A stretch of DNA of 64,000 bases from Eledone cirrhosa (lineage: Eukaryota). Where the stretch lies: positions 2,170,001-2,234,000 of the forward strand of contig OZ024745.1 of the NCBI GenBank assembly GCA_964016885.1, in the 5' to 3' direction. Made by a program: the position numbers and the translations under genes. The notes beneath the pieces were generated by a model. That model had not been told where the DNA came from. It was given only the letters and a program-made list of their open reading frames with translations, and did no database searches. Every line of letters starts with the position of its first letter. Position 1 is the stretch's first letter. Shown one piece after another: positions 23,501-44,500 of this stretch.

Positions 23501-26500
23501 TACATACCACCACATACCACTACATACCACCACATACCTCCACATACCACCACATACCACCACATACCACTACATACCACCACATACCACTAAATACCAC
23601 TACATACCACCACATACCACTAAATACCACTAAATACCACAACATACCACAACATACCACCAATACATACCACTACACACCACCACAAACCACTACATAC
23701 TACTAAATACCAACACATACCACCACATACCACTATATACCACCACATGCCACTACATACCACTACATACCACCACATACCACCACATACCACCACATAC
23801 CACCACATACCAATACATACCACTACATACTACTACATACCACCACATACTACTACATACCACCCACCACATACCACTACATACCACCACATACCACTAC
23901 ATGCCACCACATACCACTACATGCCACCATATACCACTACATACCACTAAATACCACAACATACCACAACACACCACCACTACATACCACTACATACCAC
24001 CACATACCACTACATACCACCACATGCCACTATATACTATATACCACCAGATACCACCACATACCACCACTACATAGCACTACATACCACCACATACCAC
24101 TATATACCACCCACCACATACCACTACATACCACCACATACCACTAAATACCACTAAAGACCACTAAATACCACTAAAGACCACAACATACCACAACATA
24201 CCACAACATACGACCACATTCCACGACATAGCACTACATACCACCACACACCACTACACACCACTACATACCACCACATACCACCATATACCACCACATA
24301 CCACCACATACCACCACATACCACCACATACCACTACATACCACCACATACCACTACATACTACCACATACCACCACATACCACCACATACCACCACATA
24401 CCACCACATACCACCACACACCACCACATACCACCACATACCACTACGTACCACCACATACCACTAAAGACCACAACATACCACAACATACCACAACATA
24501 GCGACACATTCCACCACATACCACTACATACCACCACACACCACTACACACCACTACATACCACCACATACCACAATATACCACCACATACCACTACATT
24601 CCACCACATACCACTACATACCACCACATACCACTACATACCACCACATACCACCACATACCACTACATACTACCACATACCACCACATACCACCACATA
24701 CCACCACATACCACCACATACCACCACACACCACTACATACCACTAAATACCACCACATACCACCACATACCACCACATACCACCCACCACATACCACTA
24801 CATACCACTACATACCGCTACATTCCACTACATACCACCACATGCCACCATATACCACCACATACCAACATATACCACCACATACCACCACATACCACTA
24901 CATACCATCACATACCACCACATACCACCATATACCACCACATACCACCACATATCGCCACATACCACTACATACCACCACATACCACCACATACCACCA
25001 TATATCACCACATACCACCACATACCACAACATACCACCACATTCCACCATATACCACTACATACCATTACATACCACCACACACCACTACATACCACTA
25101 CATACCACCATATACCACCACATACCACCACATACCACAGCATACCACTACATACCACCACATACCACTAAATACCACTAAATACCACTAAATACCACTA
25201 AATACCACTAAATACCACTAAATACCACTAAATACCACAACATACCACCATTACATACCACTACATACCACTACATTCCACCACATACCACTACATACCA
25301 CCACATGCCACTATATACCACTACATACCACCACATGCCACTATATACCACCACATTCTACTACATACCACCACTACATACCACTAAATACCACTACATA
25401 CCACCACAGACCACTACATACCACCACATGCAACTACATGCCACCACATACCACCATATACCACCACATACCACTACATACCACTACATACCACTACATA
25501 CCACCACATACCACTACATACCACCACATACCACCATATACCAACAGTACATACCACTACATACCACCACATACCACTACATACCACCACATACCACCAC
25601 ATACCACCACATACCACCACATACCACCACATACCACCACATACCACCACTACATACCACTACATACCACTACATAACACCAAATACCACCACATACGAC
25701 TACATAACACTATATACAACTACATACCACCACACACCACCTCATACCACCTCATACCACTACATACCACCACATACCACTAAATACCACTAAATACCAC
25801 AACATACCACAACATACCACAACATACCACCACATTCCACCATATACAACTACATACACCACACACCACTACACACCACTACATACCACCATATACCACC
25901 ACATACCACAAAATACCACAACATACCACTACATACCACCCACCACATACCTCTACATACCACCACATACCTCTACATACCACCACATACCACTACATAC
26001 CACTAACTACCACTACATACCACCACATACCACTACATACCACCACATGCCACTATATACCACCACATACCACTACATACCACCCACCACATACCACTAC
26101 ATACCACTACATACCACTACATACAGCTTCATACAACTACATACCACCACATACCACTACATACCACCCCATACCACCACATACCACTACATACCACCCA
26201 CCACATACCACTACATACTACCACATACCACTAAAAGACCACAACATACCACAACATACCACAACATAGCAACACATTCCACCACATACCACTACATACC
26301 ACCACACACCACTACACACCACTACATACCACCACATACCACCATATACCACCACATACCACTACATACCACCACATACCACTACATACCACCACATACC
26401 ACTACATACCACCACATACCACCACATACCACTACATACTACCACATACCACCACATACCACCACATACCACCACATACCACCACATACCACCACATACC

Positions 26501-29500
26501 ACCACACACCACTACATACCACTACATACCACCACATACCACCACATACCACCACATACCACCCACCACATACCACTACATACCACTACATACCGCTACG
26601 TTCCACTACATACCACCACATGCCACCATATACCACCACATACCAACATATACCACCACATACCACCACATACCACTACATACCATCACATACCACCACA
26701 TACCACCATATACCACCACATAACACCACATACCGCCACATACCACTACATACCACCACATACCACCACATACCACCATATATCACCACATACCACCACA
26801 TACCACAACATACCACCACATTCCACCATATACCACTACATACCATTACATACCACCACACACCACTACATACCACTACATACCACCATATACCACCACA
26901 TACCACCACATACCACAGCATACCACTACATACCACCACATACCACTAAATACCACTAAATACCACTAAATACCACTAAATACCACTAAATACCACAACA
27001 TACCACCATTACATACCACTACATACCACTACATTCCACCACATACCACTACATACCACCACATGCCACTATATACCACTACATACCACCACATGCCACT
27101 ATATACCACCACATTCTACTACATACCACCACTACATACCACTAAATACCACTACATACCACCACAGACCACTACATACCACCACATGCAACTACATACC
27201 ACCATATACCACCACATACCACTACATACCACTACATACCACTAGATACCACCACATACCACTACATACCACCACATACCACCACATACCACCACATACC
27301 ACCACATACCACCACATACCACCACTACATACCACTACATACCACTACATAACACCAAATACCACCACATACGACTACATAACACTATATACAACTACAT
27401 ACCACCACACACCACCTCATACCACCTCTAACCACTACATACCACCACATACCACTAAATACCACTAAATACCACAACATACCACAACATACCACCACAT
27501 TCCACCATATACAACTACATACACCACACACCACTACACACCACTACATACCACCATATACCACCACATACCACAAAATACCACAACATACCACTACATA
27601 CCACCCACCACATACCTCTACATACCACCACATACCACTACATACCACTAACTACCACTACATACCACCACATACCACTACATACCACCACATGCCACTA
27701 TATACCACCACATACCACTACATAGCACTACATACCACTACATACCACTACATACCACTACATACCACCACATACCACTACATACCACTACATACCACCA
27801 CATACCACTACATACCACTACATGCCACCACATACCACCACATACCACTACATATCACTACATACCACCACATACAACCAAATACCACTACATACCACTA
27901 CATACCACCACATACCACTACATACCACCACATACCACCACATACCACCACATACCACCACATACCACTACATACCACAACATACCACTACATACAACCA
28001 CATACCACTACATACCACTACATACCACCACATACCACCACACACCACCACACACCATTACATACCACCACATACAACCACACACCACTACATACCACCA
28101 CATACCACTACATACCACCCACCACATACCACTACATACCACTACATACCACTACATACAGCTTCATACAACTACATACCACCACATACCACTACATACC
28201 ACCCACCACATACCACAACATACCACCACATACCACCACTACATACCACTACATACCACTACATAACACCACATACCACCACATACCACTACATAACACT
28301 ATACACAACTACATACCACCACACACCACCTCATACCTCCTCATACCACAACATACCACCACATACCACCACATACCACCACATACCACGACATACCACT
28401 ACATACAACCACATACCACCACATACCACCACATACCACCACATACCACCATATACCACCACATACCACTACATACCACTACATACCACCATATACCACC
28501 ACATACCACTACATACCACTACATACCACAATATACCACCACATACGACTACATACCACCACATATCACTACATATCTCTACATACCACGCACCACATAC
28601 CAGCACATACCACTACATACCACCACATACCACCACATACCACTACATACCACCCACCACATACCACTACATACCACCACATACCACTACATGCCACCAC
28701 ATACCACTACATACCACTAAATACCACCCACTACATACCACCCACCACATGCCACTACATACCACCAACCATATACCACGACATACCACCACATACCACT
28801 AAATACACTAAGTATCACAACATACCACAACATACCACCACTAAATACAACTACATACCACCACATGCCACTATATACCACCACATAGCACTACATACCA
28901 CTACATACCACAACATGCCAACACATACCACTACATACCACTAAATACCACCCACTACATACCACTAAATACCACTACATACCACCACATACCACTACAT
29001 ACCACCACATACCACTACATACCACCATATACCCCTTCATACCACCACATACCAACACATACCACCACACACCACTATATACCACTACATACCACCACAT
29101 ACCACCACACACCACTACATACCACTACATCACACCACATACCACTACATACCACCCACCACATACCACTACATACCGCTACATACCACCACATACGACA
29201 ACATACCACTACATACCACTACATACCACCACATGCCACTATATACCACCACATTCCACTACACACCACCACTACATACCACTAAATACCACTACATGCA
29301 AATATATACCACCACATACCACCATATACCACCACATACCACCACATACCACTACATACCACTACATACCACCACATACCACTACATACCACCACATACC
29401 ACCACATACCAACACATACCACCACATACCACCACTACATACCACTACATACCACTACATACCACTACATAACACCAAATACCACCACATACCACTACAT

Positions 29501-32500
29501 AACACTATACACAACTACATACCACCACACACCACCTCATACCACCTAATACCACAACATACCACAACATACCAGCACATACCACCACATACCACTACAT
29601 ACCACCACACACCCCTACACACCACTACATACCACCACATACCACCATATACCACCACATACCACAACATACCACAACATACCACAACATACCACAACAT
29701 ACCACAACATACCACAACATACCACTACATACAACCACATACCACCACATACCACCACATACCACCATATACCACCACATACCACTACACACCACTACAT
29801 ACCACCCACCACATACCACCACATACCACTACATACCACCACATACCACCACATACCAATACATACCACTACATACCACCACATACCACTACATACCACC
29901 ACATACCACTACATGCCACCACATACCACTACATACCACCCACCACATACCACTACATACCACTACATAACACCATATACCACTACATACCACTACATGC
30001 CACCACATGCCACTACATACCACCACATACCACTAGATACCACCACATAAAACCACATACCACAACATACCACCACATACCACTACATACCACCACATAC
30101 CACTACATACCAGCCACCACATACCACTACATACCACCACATACCACCACATACCACCATATACCACTACATACCACTAAATACCACCCACTACATACCA
30201 CTAAATACCACCCACTACATATCACCCACCACGTACCACTACATACCACCACACACCACTACACACCACTACATACCACCACAGACCACTACATACCCCC
30301 CACCATATACCAATACATACCACCACATACCACTACAAACCACCACATACCACTACATACCAACACATGCCACTATATACCACCACATTCCACTACATAC
30401 CACTAAATACCACTACATACAACCATAGACCACTACATACCACCACATGCAACTATATACCACCACATACCACCACATACCACCACATACCACCACATAC
30501 CACTACATACCACTACATGCCACCACATACCACTAAATACCCCTAAATACCACAACATACCACAACATACCACTACATTCCACCACATACCACTACATAC
30601 CACCACACACCACTACACAACACTACATACCACCACATACAACCATATACCACCACATACTACCACATACCACAATATACCACAACATACCACTACATAC
30701 CACCCTCCACATACCTCTACATACCACCACATACCACTAAATACCACCACATACCACAAGATACCACAACATACCACCACATTCCACCACATACCACTAC
30801 ATACCATTATATGCCACCACACACCACTACATACCACTACATACCACCATATACCACCACATACCACAACATACCACCACATACCACCACATACCACTAC
30901 ATACCACTACATGCCACTATATACCACCACATACCACCACATACGACCACATACCACCACATACCACTACATATCACTACATACCACCACATACCACCAC
31001 ATACCACTACATACCACCCACCACATACCACTACATACCACTACATACCGCTACATACCACTACATACCACCACATGCCACCATATACCACCACATACCA
31101 CCATATACCACCATATACCACCACATACCACCATATACCACCATATACCACCACATACCACCACATACCACTACATACAACCACATACCACCACATACCA
31201 CCACTAAATTCCACTACATACCACCACATACCACTACATGCCACCACATGCCACTATATACCACCACATACCACCACATACCACCACACACCACTACATA
31301 CCACTACATACCACTACATACCACCACATACCACCACATGCCACCACATACCACCATATACCACCATATACCACCACACACCACCACACACCACTACATA
31401 CCACTACATACAACCACATGCAACCACATACCACCATATACCACCACATACCATAACATACCACAACATACCACCACATGCCACCACATACCACTACATA
31501 CCATTACATACCACCACACACCACTACATACCACTACATACCACCATATACCAATACGTACCACCACATACCACCACATACCACAACATACCACTACATA
31601 CCACCATATACCAATACATACCAGCACATACCACTACATACAACCACATACCACCACATACCACCACATACCACAATATACCACCACATACCACTACATA
31701 CCACCCACTACATACCACTACATAACACCACATACCACTACATGCCACCACATACCACTACATACCACCACATACCACCACATACCACCACATACCACTA
31801 CATACACCCACCATATACCAATAAATACCACCACATACCACTAAATACCACTACCTACTACGACATACCACTACGTACCAATACATACCACCACATACCA
31901 CTACATACCACCACATGCCACTATATACCACCACATTCCACTACACACCACCACTACATACCACTAAATACCACTACATACAACCACAGACCACAACATA
32001 CCACCACATGCAAACATATACCACCACATACCACCATATACCACCACATACCACCACATACCAATACATACTACTACATACCACCACATACCACTACATA
32101 CCACCACATACCACCACATACCACCATATACCACCAGTACATACCACTACTTACCACCACATACCACTACATACCACCACACACCACCACATACCACCAC
32201 ATACCACCACATACCACCACATACCACAACATACCACAACATACCACAACATACCACAACATACCACTACATCCCACTACATACCACCACATACCACAAC
32301 ATAACACAACATACCACAACATACCACAACATACCACTACATCCCACTACATACCACCACATACAACCACATACCACCACATACCACCACATACCACCAC
32401 ATACCACTACATACCACTACATACCACAATATACCACCACATACGACTACATACCACCACATATCACTACATATCACTACATACCACCCACCACATACCA

Positions 32501-35500
32501 CCAGATACCACTACATACCACCACATACCACCACATACCACTACATACCACTACATGCCACCACATACCACCACATACCACTACATACCAACACATACCA
32601 CTACATGCCACCACATACCACTACATACCACTAAATACCACCCACTACATACCACCCACCACATACCACTACATACCACTACATAACACCACATACCACT
32701 ACATACCACTACATGCCACCACATGCCACTACATACCACCACATACCACTATATACCACTAGATACCACCACATAAAACCACATACCAACACATACCACC
32801 ACATACCACTACATACCACCACATACCACTACATACCACCACATACTAATACATACCACTACATACCAGCCACCACATACCACTACATACCACCACATAC
32901 CACTACATGCCACCATATACCACTACATACCACTAAATACCACCCACTACATATCACCCACCACATACCACTACATACCACCCAACATATACCACTACAT
33001 AGCACCACACACCACTAAATACCACTAAATACCACAACATACCACCACATTCCACCACATACCACTACATACCACCACACACCACTACACACCACTACAT
33101 ACCACCACAGACCACTACATACCCCCCACCCTATACCAATACATACCACCACATACCACTAAATACCACTTAATACCACAACCTACCACAACATACCACC
33201 ATTACATACCACTACATACCACTACATACCACTACATACCACCATATACCACTACAAACCACTACAAACCACCACATACCACTACATACCACCACATGCC
33301 ACTATATACCACCACATTCCACTACATACCACCACTACATACCACTAAATACCACTACATACAACCACAGACCACTACATACCACCACATGCAACTATAT
33401 ACCACCACATACCACCACACACCACCACACACCACCACATACCACTACATACCACTACATACCACCACATACCACTAAATACCCCTAAATACCACAACAT
33501 ACCACAACATACCACAACATACCACTACATTCCACCACATACCACTACATACCACCACACACCACTACATAACACTACATACCACCACATACAACCATAT
33601 ACCACCACATACTACCACATACCACAACATACCACCCTCCACATACCTCTATATACCACCACATACCACTAAATACCACCAAATACCACAACATAACACA
33701 ACATACCACCAAATACCACAACATAACACAACATACCACCACATTCCACCACATACCACTACATACCATTATATGCCACCACACACCACTACATACCACC
33801 ATATACCACCACATACCTCAACATACCAACACATACCACCACATACCACTACATACCACTACATGCCTCTATATACCACCACATACCACCAAATACGACC
33901 ACATACCACCACATACCACTACATGTCACTACATACCACCACATACCACCACATACCACTACATACCACTACATACCACCCACCACATACCACCAACCAT
34001 ATACCACTACATACCACCACATACCACTAAATACGACTAAATACCACCACATACCACTACATACCACCACATGCCACTATATACCACCACATAACACCAC
34101 ATACCACCACTACATAACACTACATACCACCACATACAACCATATACCACCACATACTACCACATACCACAACATACCACAACATACCACCCTCCACATA
34201 CCTCTATATACCACCACATACCACTAAATACCACCAAATACCACAACATACCACTACATACCACCACATACCACTACATACCACTACATACCACCATATA
34301 CCACCACATACCACTACATACCACCACATACCACCACATACCACCACATACTACTATATACCACTACATACCACCAACCACATACCACTACATACCACTA
34401 CATACCGCTACGTTCCACTACATACCACCACATGCCACCATATACCACCACATACCAACATATACCACCACATACCACCACATACCACTACATACCATCA
34501 CATACCACCACATACCACCATATACCACCACATAACACCACATACCGCCACATACCACTACATACCACCACATACCACCACATACCACCATATATCACCA
34601 CATACCACCACATACCACAACATACCACCACATTCCACCATATACCACTACATACCATTACATACCACCACACACCACTACATACCACTACATACCACCA
34701 TATACCACCACATACCACCACATACCACAGCATACCACTACATACCACCACATACCACTAAATACCACTAAATACCACTAAATACCACTAAATACCACTA
34801 AATACCACAACATACCACCATTACATACCACTACATACCACTACATTCCACCACATACCACTACATACCACCACATGCCACTATATACCACTACATACCA
34901 CCACATGCCACTATATACCACCACATTCTACTACATACCACCACTACATACCACTAAATACCACTACATACCACCACAGACCACTACATACCACCACATG
35001 CAACTACATACCACCATATACCACCACATACCACTACATACCACTACATACCACTAGATACCACCACATACCACTACATACCACCACATACCCACATTTA
35101 CCACAATACATACCACTACATACCACCACATACCACTCCATACCTACCACATACCACCACATACCATACCACATCACATACCACTACATTACACACAACT
35201 AATACACACATACCACACATAACATACACTATATACAACTACATAACCTACATACCACCATACCACCTCATACCACTCTACATACAACCACTATTACCAC
35301 TAAATACCCTAATACCACATACCACAACTACACCACATTCCACCATATACAACTACATACACACACACCACTACACACCACTACATACACCATATACACC
35401 ACATACACAAAATACCACAACATACCACTACATACACACACATACCTCTACATACCACCACATACACTACATACCACTAACTACCACTACATACCACTCA

Positions 35501-38500
35501 CATACACCACATACCACTACATACCACCATCATACCCACATCTACATATACACTACATACCACTACATACCACTACATACCACTACATACCACCACATAC
35601 CACTACATACCACCTACATACCACCACATACCACTACATACCACTACATGCCACCACATACCACCACATACCACTACATATCACTACATACCACCACATA
35701 CAACCAAATACCACTACATACCACTACATACCACCACATACCACTACATACCACCACATACCACCACATACCACCACATACCACCACATACCACTACATA
35801 CCACAACATACCACTACATACAACCACATACCACTACATACCACTACATACCACCACATACCACCACACACCACCACACACCATTACATACCACCACATA
35901 CAACCACACACCACTACATACCACCACATACCACTACATACCACCCACCACATACCACTACATACCACTACATACCACTACATACAGCTTCATACAACTA
36001 CATACCACCACATACCACTACATACCACCACATACCACTACATACCACCCACCACATACCACAACATACCACCACATACCACCACTACATACCACTACAT
36101 ACCACTACATAACACCACATACCACCACATACCACTACATAACACTATACACAACTACATACCACCACACACCACCTCATACCTCCTCATACCACAACAT
36201 ACCACCACATACCACCACATACCACCACATACCACGACATACCACTACATACAACCACATACCACCACATACCACCACATACCACCACATACCACCATAT
36301 ACCACCACATACCACTACATACCACCAACCATATACCACGACATACCACCACATACCACTAAATACACTAAGTATCACAACATACCACAACATACCACCA
36401 CTAAATACAACTACATACCACCACATGCCACTATATACCACCACATAGCACTACATACCACTACATACCACAACATGCCAACACATACCACTACATACCA
36501 CTAAATACCACCCACTACATACCACTAAATACCACTACATACCACCACATACCACTACATACCACCACATACCACTACATACCACCATATACCCCTTCAT
36601 ACCACCACATACCAACACATACCACCACACACCACTATATACCACTACATACCACCACATACCACCACACACCACTACATACCACTACATCACACCACAT
36701 ACCACTACATACCACCCACCACATACCACTACATACCGCTACATACCACCACATACGACAACATACCACTACATACCACTACATACCACCACATGCCACT
36801 ATATACCACCACATTCCACTACACACCACCACTACATACCACTAAATACCACTACATGCAAATATATACCACCACATACCACCATATACCACCACATACC
36901 ACCACATACCACTACATACCACTACATACCACCACATACCACTACATACCACCACATACCACCACATACCAACACATACCACCACATACCACCACTACAT
37001 ACCACTACATACCACTACATACCACTACATAACACCAAATACCACCACATACCACTACATAACACTATACACAACTACATACCACCACACACCACCTCAT
37101 ACCACCTAATACCACAACATACCACAACATACCAGCACATACCACCACATACCACTACATACCACCACACACCCCTACACACCACTACATACCACCACAT
37201 ACCACCATATACCACCACATACCACAACATACCACAACATACCACAACATACCACAACATACCACAACATACCACAACATACCACTACATACAACCACAT
37301 ACCACCACATACCACCACATACCACCATATACCACCACATACCACTACACACCACTACATACCACCCACCACATACCACCACATACCACTACATACCACC
37401 ACATACCACCACATACCAATACATACCACTACATACCACCACATACCACTACATACCACCACATACCACTACATGCCACCACATACCACTACATACCACC
37501 CACCACATACCACTACATACCACTACATAACACCATATACCACTACATACCACTACATGCCACCACATGCCACTACATACCACCACATACCACTAGATAC
37601 CACCACATAAAACCACATACCACAACATACCACCACATACCACTACATACCACCACATACCACTACATACCAGCCACCACATACCACTACATACCACCAC
37701 ATACCACCACATACCACTACAAACCAGTACAAACCACCACATACCACTACATACCACCACATACCACCACATACCACCATATACCACTACATACCACTAA
37801 ATACCACCCACTACATACCACTAAATACCACCCACTACATATCACCCACCACGTACCACTACATACCACCACACACCACTACACACCACTACATACCACC
37901 ACAGACCACTACATACCCCCCACCATATACCAATACATACCACCACATACCACTACAAACCACTACAAACCACCACATACCACTACATACCAACACATGC
38001 CACTATATACCACCACATTCCACTACATACCACTAAATACCACTACATACAACCATAGACCACTACATACCACCACATGCAACTATATACCACCACATAC
38101 CACCACATACCACCACATACCACCACATACCACTACATACCACTACATGCCACCACATACCACTAAATACCCCTAAATACCACAACATACCACAACATAC
38201 CACTACATTCCACCACATACCACTACATACCACCACACACCACTACACAACACTACATACCACCACATACAACCATATACCACCACATACTACCACATAC
38301 CACAATATACCACAACATACCACTACATACCACCCTCCACATACCTCTACATACCACCACATACCACTAAATACCACCACATACCACAAGATACCACAAC
38401 ATACCACCACATTCCACCACATACCACTACATACCATTATATGCCACCACACACCACTACATACCACTACATACCACCATATACCACCACATACCACAAC

Positions 38501-41500
38501 ATACCACCACATACCACCACATACCACTACATACCACTACATGCCACTATATACCACCACATACCACCACATACGACCACATACCACCACATACCACTAC
38601 ATATCACTACATACCACCACATACCACCACATACCACTACATACCACCCACCACATACCACTACATACCACTACATACCGCTACATACCACTACATACCA
38701 CCACATGCCACCATATACCACCACATACCACCATATACCACCATATACCACCACATACCACCATATACCACCATATACCACCACATACCACCACATACCA
38801 CTACATACAACCACATACCACCACATACCACCACTAAATTCCACTACATACCACCACATACCACTACATGCCACCACATGCCACTATATACCACCACATA
38901 CCACCACATACCACCACACACCACTACATACCACTACATACCACTACATACCACCACATACCACCACATGCCACCACATACCACCATATACCACCATATA
39001 CCACCACACACCACCACACACCACTACATACCACTACATACAACCACATGCAACCACATACCACCATATACCACCACATACCATAACATACCACAACATA
39101 CCACCACATTCCACCACATACCACTACATACCATTACATACCACCACACACCACTACATACCACTACATACCACCATATACCAATACGTACCACCACATA
39201 CCACCACATACCACAACATACCACTACATACCACCATATACCAATACATACCAGCACATACCACTACATACAACCACATACCACCACATACCACCACATA
39301 CCACAATATACCACCACATACCACTACATACCACCCACTACATACCACTACATAACACCACATACCACTACATGCCACCACATACCACTACATACCACCA
39401 CATACCACCACATACCACCACATACCACTACATACACCCACCATATACCAATAAATACCACCACATACCACTAAATACCACTACCTACTACGACATACCA
39501 CTACGTACCAATACATACCACCACATACCACTACATACCACCACATGCCACTATATACCACCACATTCCACTACACACCACCACTACATACCACTAAATA
39601 CCACTACATACAACCACAGACCACAACATACCACCACATGCAAACATATACCACCACATACCACCATATACCACCACATACCACCACATACCAATACATA
39701 CTACTACATACCACCACATACCACTACATACCACCACATACCACCACATACCACCATATACCACCAGTACATACCACTACTTACCACCACATACCACTAC
39801 ATACCACCACACACCACCACATACCACCACATACCACCACATACCACCACATACCACAACATACCACAACATACCACAACATACCACAACATACCACTAC
39901 ATCCCACTACATACCACCACATACCACAACATAACACAACATACCACAACATACCACAACATACCACTACATCCCACTACATACCACCACATACAACCAC
40001 ATACCACCACATACCACCACATACCACCACATACCACTACATACCACTACATACCACAATATACCACCACATACGACTACATACCACCACATATCACTAC
40101 ATATCACTACATACCACCCACCACATACCACCAGATACCACTACATACCACCACATACCACCACATACCACTACATACCACTACATGCCACCACATACCA
40201 CCACATACCACTACATACCACCACATACCACTACATGCCACCACATACCACTACATACCACTAAATACCACCCACTACATACCACCCACCACATACCACT
40301 ACATACCACTACATAACACCACATACCACTACATACCACTACATGCCACCACATGCCACTACATACCACCACATACCACTATATACCACTAGATACCACC
40401 ACATAAAACCACATACCAACACATACCACCACATACCACTACATACCACCACATACCACTACATACCACCACATACTAATACATACCACTACATACCAGC
40501 CACCACATACCACTACATACCACCACATACCACTACATGCCACCATATACCACTACATACCACTAAATACCACCCACTACATATCACCCACCACATACCA
40601 CTACATACCACCCAACATATACCACTACATAGCACCACACACCACTAAATACCACTAAATACCACAACATACCACCACATTCCACCACATACCACTACAT
40701 ACCACCACACACCACTACACACCACTACATACCACCACAGACCACTACATACCCCCCACCCTATACCAATACATACCACCACATACCACTAAATACCACT
40801 TAATACCACAACCTACCACAACATACCACCATTACATACCACTACATACCACTACATACCACTACATACCACCATATACCACTACAAACCACTACAAACC
40901 ACCACATACCACTACATACCACCACATGCCACTATATACCACCACATTCCACTACATACCACCACTACATACCACTAAATACCACTACATACAACCACAG
41001 ACCACTACATACCACCACATGCAACTATATACCACCACATACCACCACACACCACCACACACCACCACATACCACTACATACCACTACATACCACCACAT
41101 ACCACTAAATACCCCTAAATACCACAACATACCACAACATACCACAACATACCACTACATTCCACCACATACCACTACATACCACCACACACCACTACAT
41201 AACACTACATACCACCACATACAACCATATACCACCACATACTACCACATACCACAACATACCACCCTCCACATACCTCTATATACCACCACATACCACT
41301 AAATACCACCAAATACCACAACATAACACAACATACCACCAAATACCACAACATAACACAACATACCACCACATTCCACCACATACCACTACATACCATT
41401 ATATGCCACCACACACCACTACATACCACCATATACCACCACATACCTCAACATACCAACACATACCACCACATACCACTACATACCACTACATGCCTCT

Positions 41501-44500
41501 ATATACCACCACATACCACCAAATACGACCACATACCACCACATACCACTACATGTCACTACATACCACCACATACCACCACATACCACTACATACCACT
41601 ACATACCACCCACCACATACCACCAACCATATACCACTACATACCACCACATACCACTAAATACGACTAAATACCACCACATACCACTACATACCACCAC
41701 ATGCCACTATATACCACCACATAACACCACATACCACCACTACATAACACTACATACCACCACATACAACCATATACCACCACATACTACCACATACCAC
41801 AACATACCACAACATACCACCCTCCACATACCTCTATATACCACCACATACCACTAAATACCACCAAATACCACAACATACCACTACATACCACCACATA
41901 CCACTACATACCACTACATACCACCATATACCACCACATACCACTACATACCACCACATACCACCACATACCACCACATACTACTATATACCACTACATA
42001 CCACCAACCACATACCACTACATACCACTACATACCACCACATACCACCACATACCACTACATGCCACGACATATCACGACATACCACCACATACCACTA
42101 TATGCCACCACATACCACTACATACCACTAAATACCACCCACTACATACCACCCACCACATACTACCAACCATATACCACTACATACCACATCATACCAC
42201 CACTAAATACCACTAAATACCACAACATACCACTACATACCACCACATACCACTACATACCACCATATACCAGTATATACCACCACATACCACCACTACA
42301 TACCACTACATACCACCACATACCACTACATGACACCAAATACCACCACATACCACTACATAACACTATATACCACTACATACCACCACACACCACCCCA
42401 TACCATCTCATACCACTACATACCACTACATACCACCTCACACCACCACATACCACCTCACACCACCACATGCTACTATATACCACCTCACACCACCACA
42501 TACCACTACATAACCCCACATACCACTACATACCACTACATAACACCACATACCACGTCATACAACTACATGCCTCTACACACCACTACATACCTCTACA
42601 CACCACCACATACCACTACATACCACCACATACCACCATATACCACTACATGCCTCTACATACAACTACATACCTCTACACACCACCACATACCACTACA
42701 TACCAGCATATACCACCACACACCACTACATACCACCACATACCACCGCATACCACCACATGCCACTATATTCCACCTCACACCACCACATACCACCACA
42801 TACCATCACATACGACAACATACACTACATACACTACATACCACTACATACCACTGTATACCACACATACCACTACATACCACTACATACCACTGTATAC
42901 CACCACATAACACCACATACCACCACATTCCACTACATACCACTACATACCACCACATAACATTATATACCACTACATACCACCACACACCACCTCATAC
43001 CACAACATACCATCAGATACCACCACATACCACCACATACCACTACATACCACAACATACCAGAACATACCACCACAAACCACTACATACTACCACATAC
43101 TACCACATACTACCACATACCACTACATACCACCACATACCACTACATACAACCACATACCACTACATACCACCATATACCACCACATACCACTACATAC
43201 CACCACATACCACTACATACCGCCACATACCACTACAGACCAACACATACCACTACATACTACCCACCATACACCACAACATACCACCACATACCACTAA
43301 ATACCACTAAATACCACAACATACCACTAAATACCACTAAATACCACAACATACCACAACATACCACCAATACATACCACTACATACCACCACATACCAC
43401 TACATACCACTACATACCAACACATACCACTACATGCCACCACATTCCACTACATACCACTACATGCCACTACATACCACCTCATACCACTACATACCAC
43501 TACATACCACCACATACCACCACATACCAACACATACCCCCACATACCTACACATACCACTACAAACCAACACATACCACCACATACTACTACATACCAC
43601 CACATACCACTACATACCACCACATAACACTACATGCCACCATATACCACTACATACCACCCACTACATATCACCCACCACATACAACTACCTACCACCC
43701 ACCATATACCACTACATACCACCACATACCACTACAAACCACTATATACCACCACATGCCACTACATACCACTACATACCACTACATACCACTACATACC
43801 ACTACATACCACCCACCATATACCACAACATACCACCACATACCACTAAATACCACTAAATACCACTAAATACCACAACATACCACTACATACCACCACA
43901 TACCACTACATACCACCATATACCAGTATATACCACCACATACCACCACTACATACCACTACATATCACCACATACCACTACATAACACTATATACCACT
44001 ACATACCACCACACACCACCTCATACCATCTCATACCACTACATACCACCACATACCACCTCACACCACCACATGCTACTATATACCACCTCACACCACC
44101 ACATACCACTACATAACCCCACATACAACTACATACCACTACATAACACCACATACCACGTCATACAACTACATGCCTCTACACACCACTACATACCTCT
44201 ACACACCACCACATACCACTACATACCACCACATACCACCACATACCACTACATGCCTCTACATACAACTACATACCTCTACACACCACCACATACCACT
44301 ACATACCACCATATACCACCACACACCACTACATACCACCACATACCACCGCATACCACCACATGCCACTATATTCCACCTCACACCACCACATACCACC
44401 ACATACCATCACATACCACAACATACACTACATACACTACATACCACTACATACCACTGTATACCACACATACCACTACATACCACTACATACCACTGTA

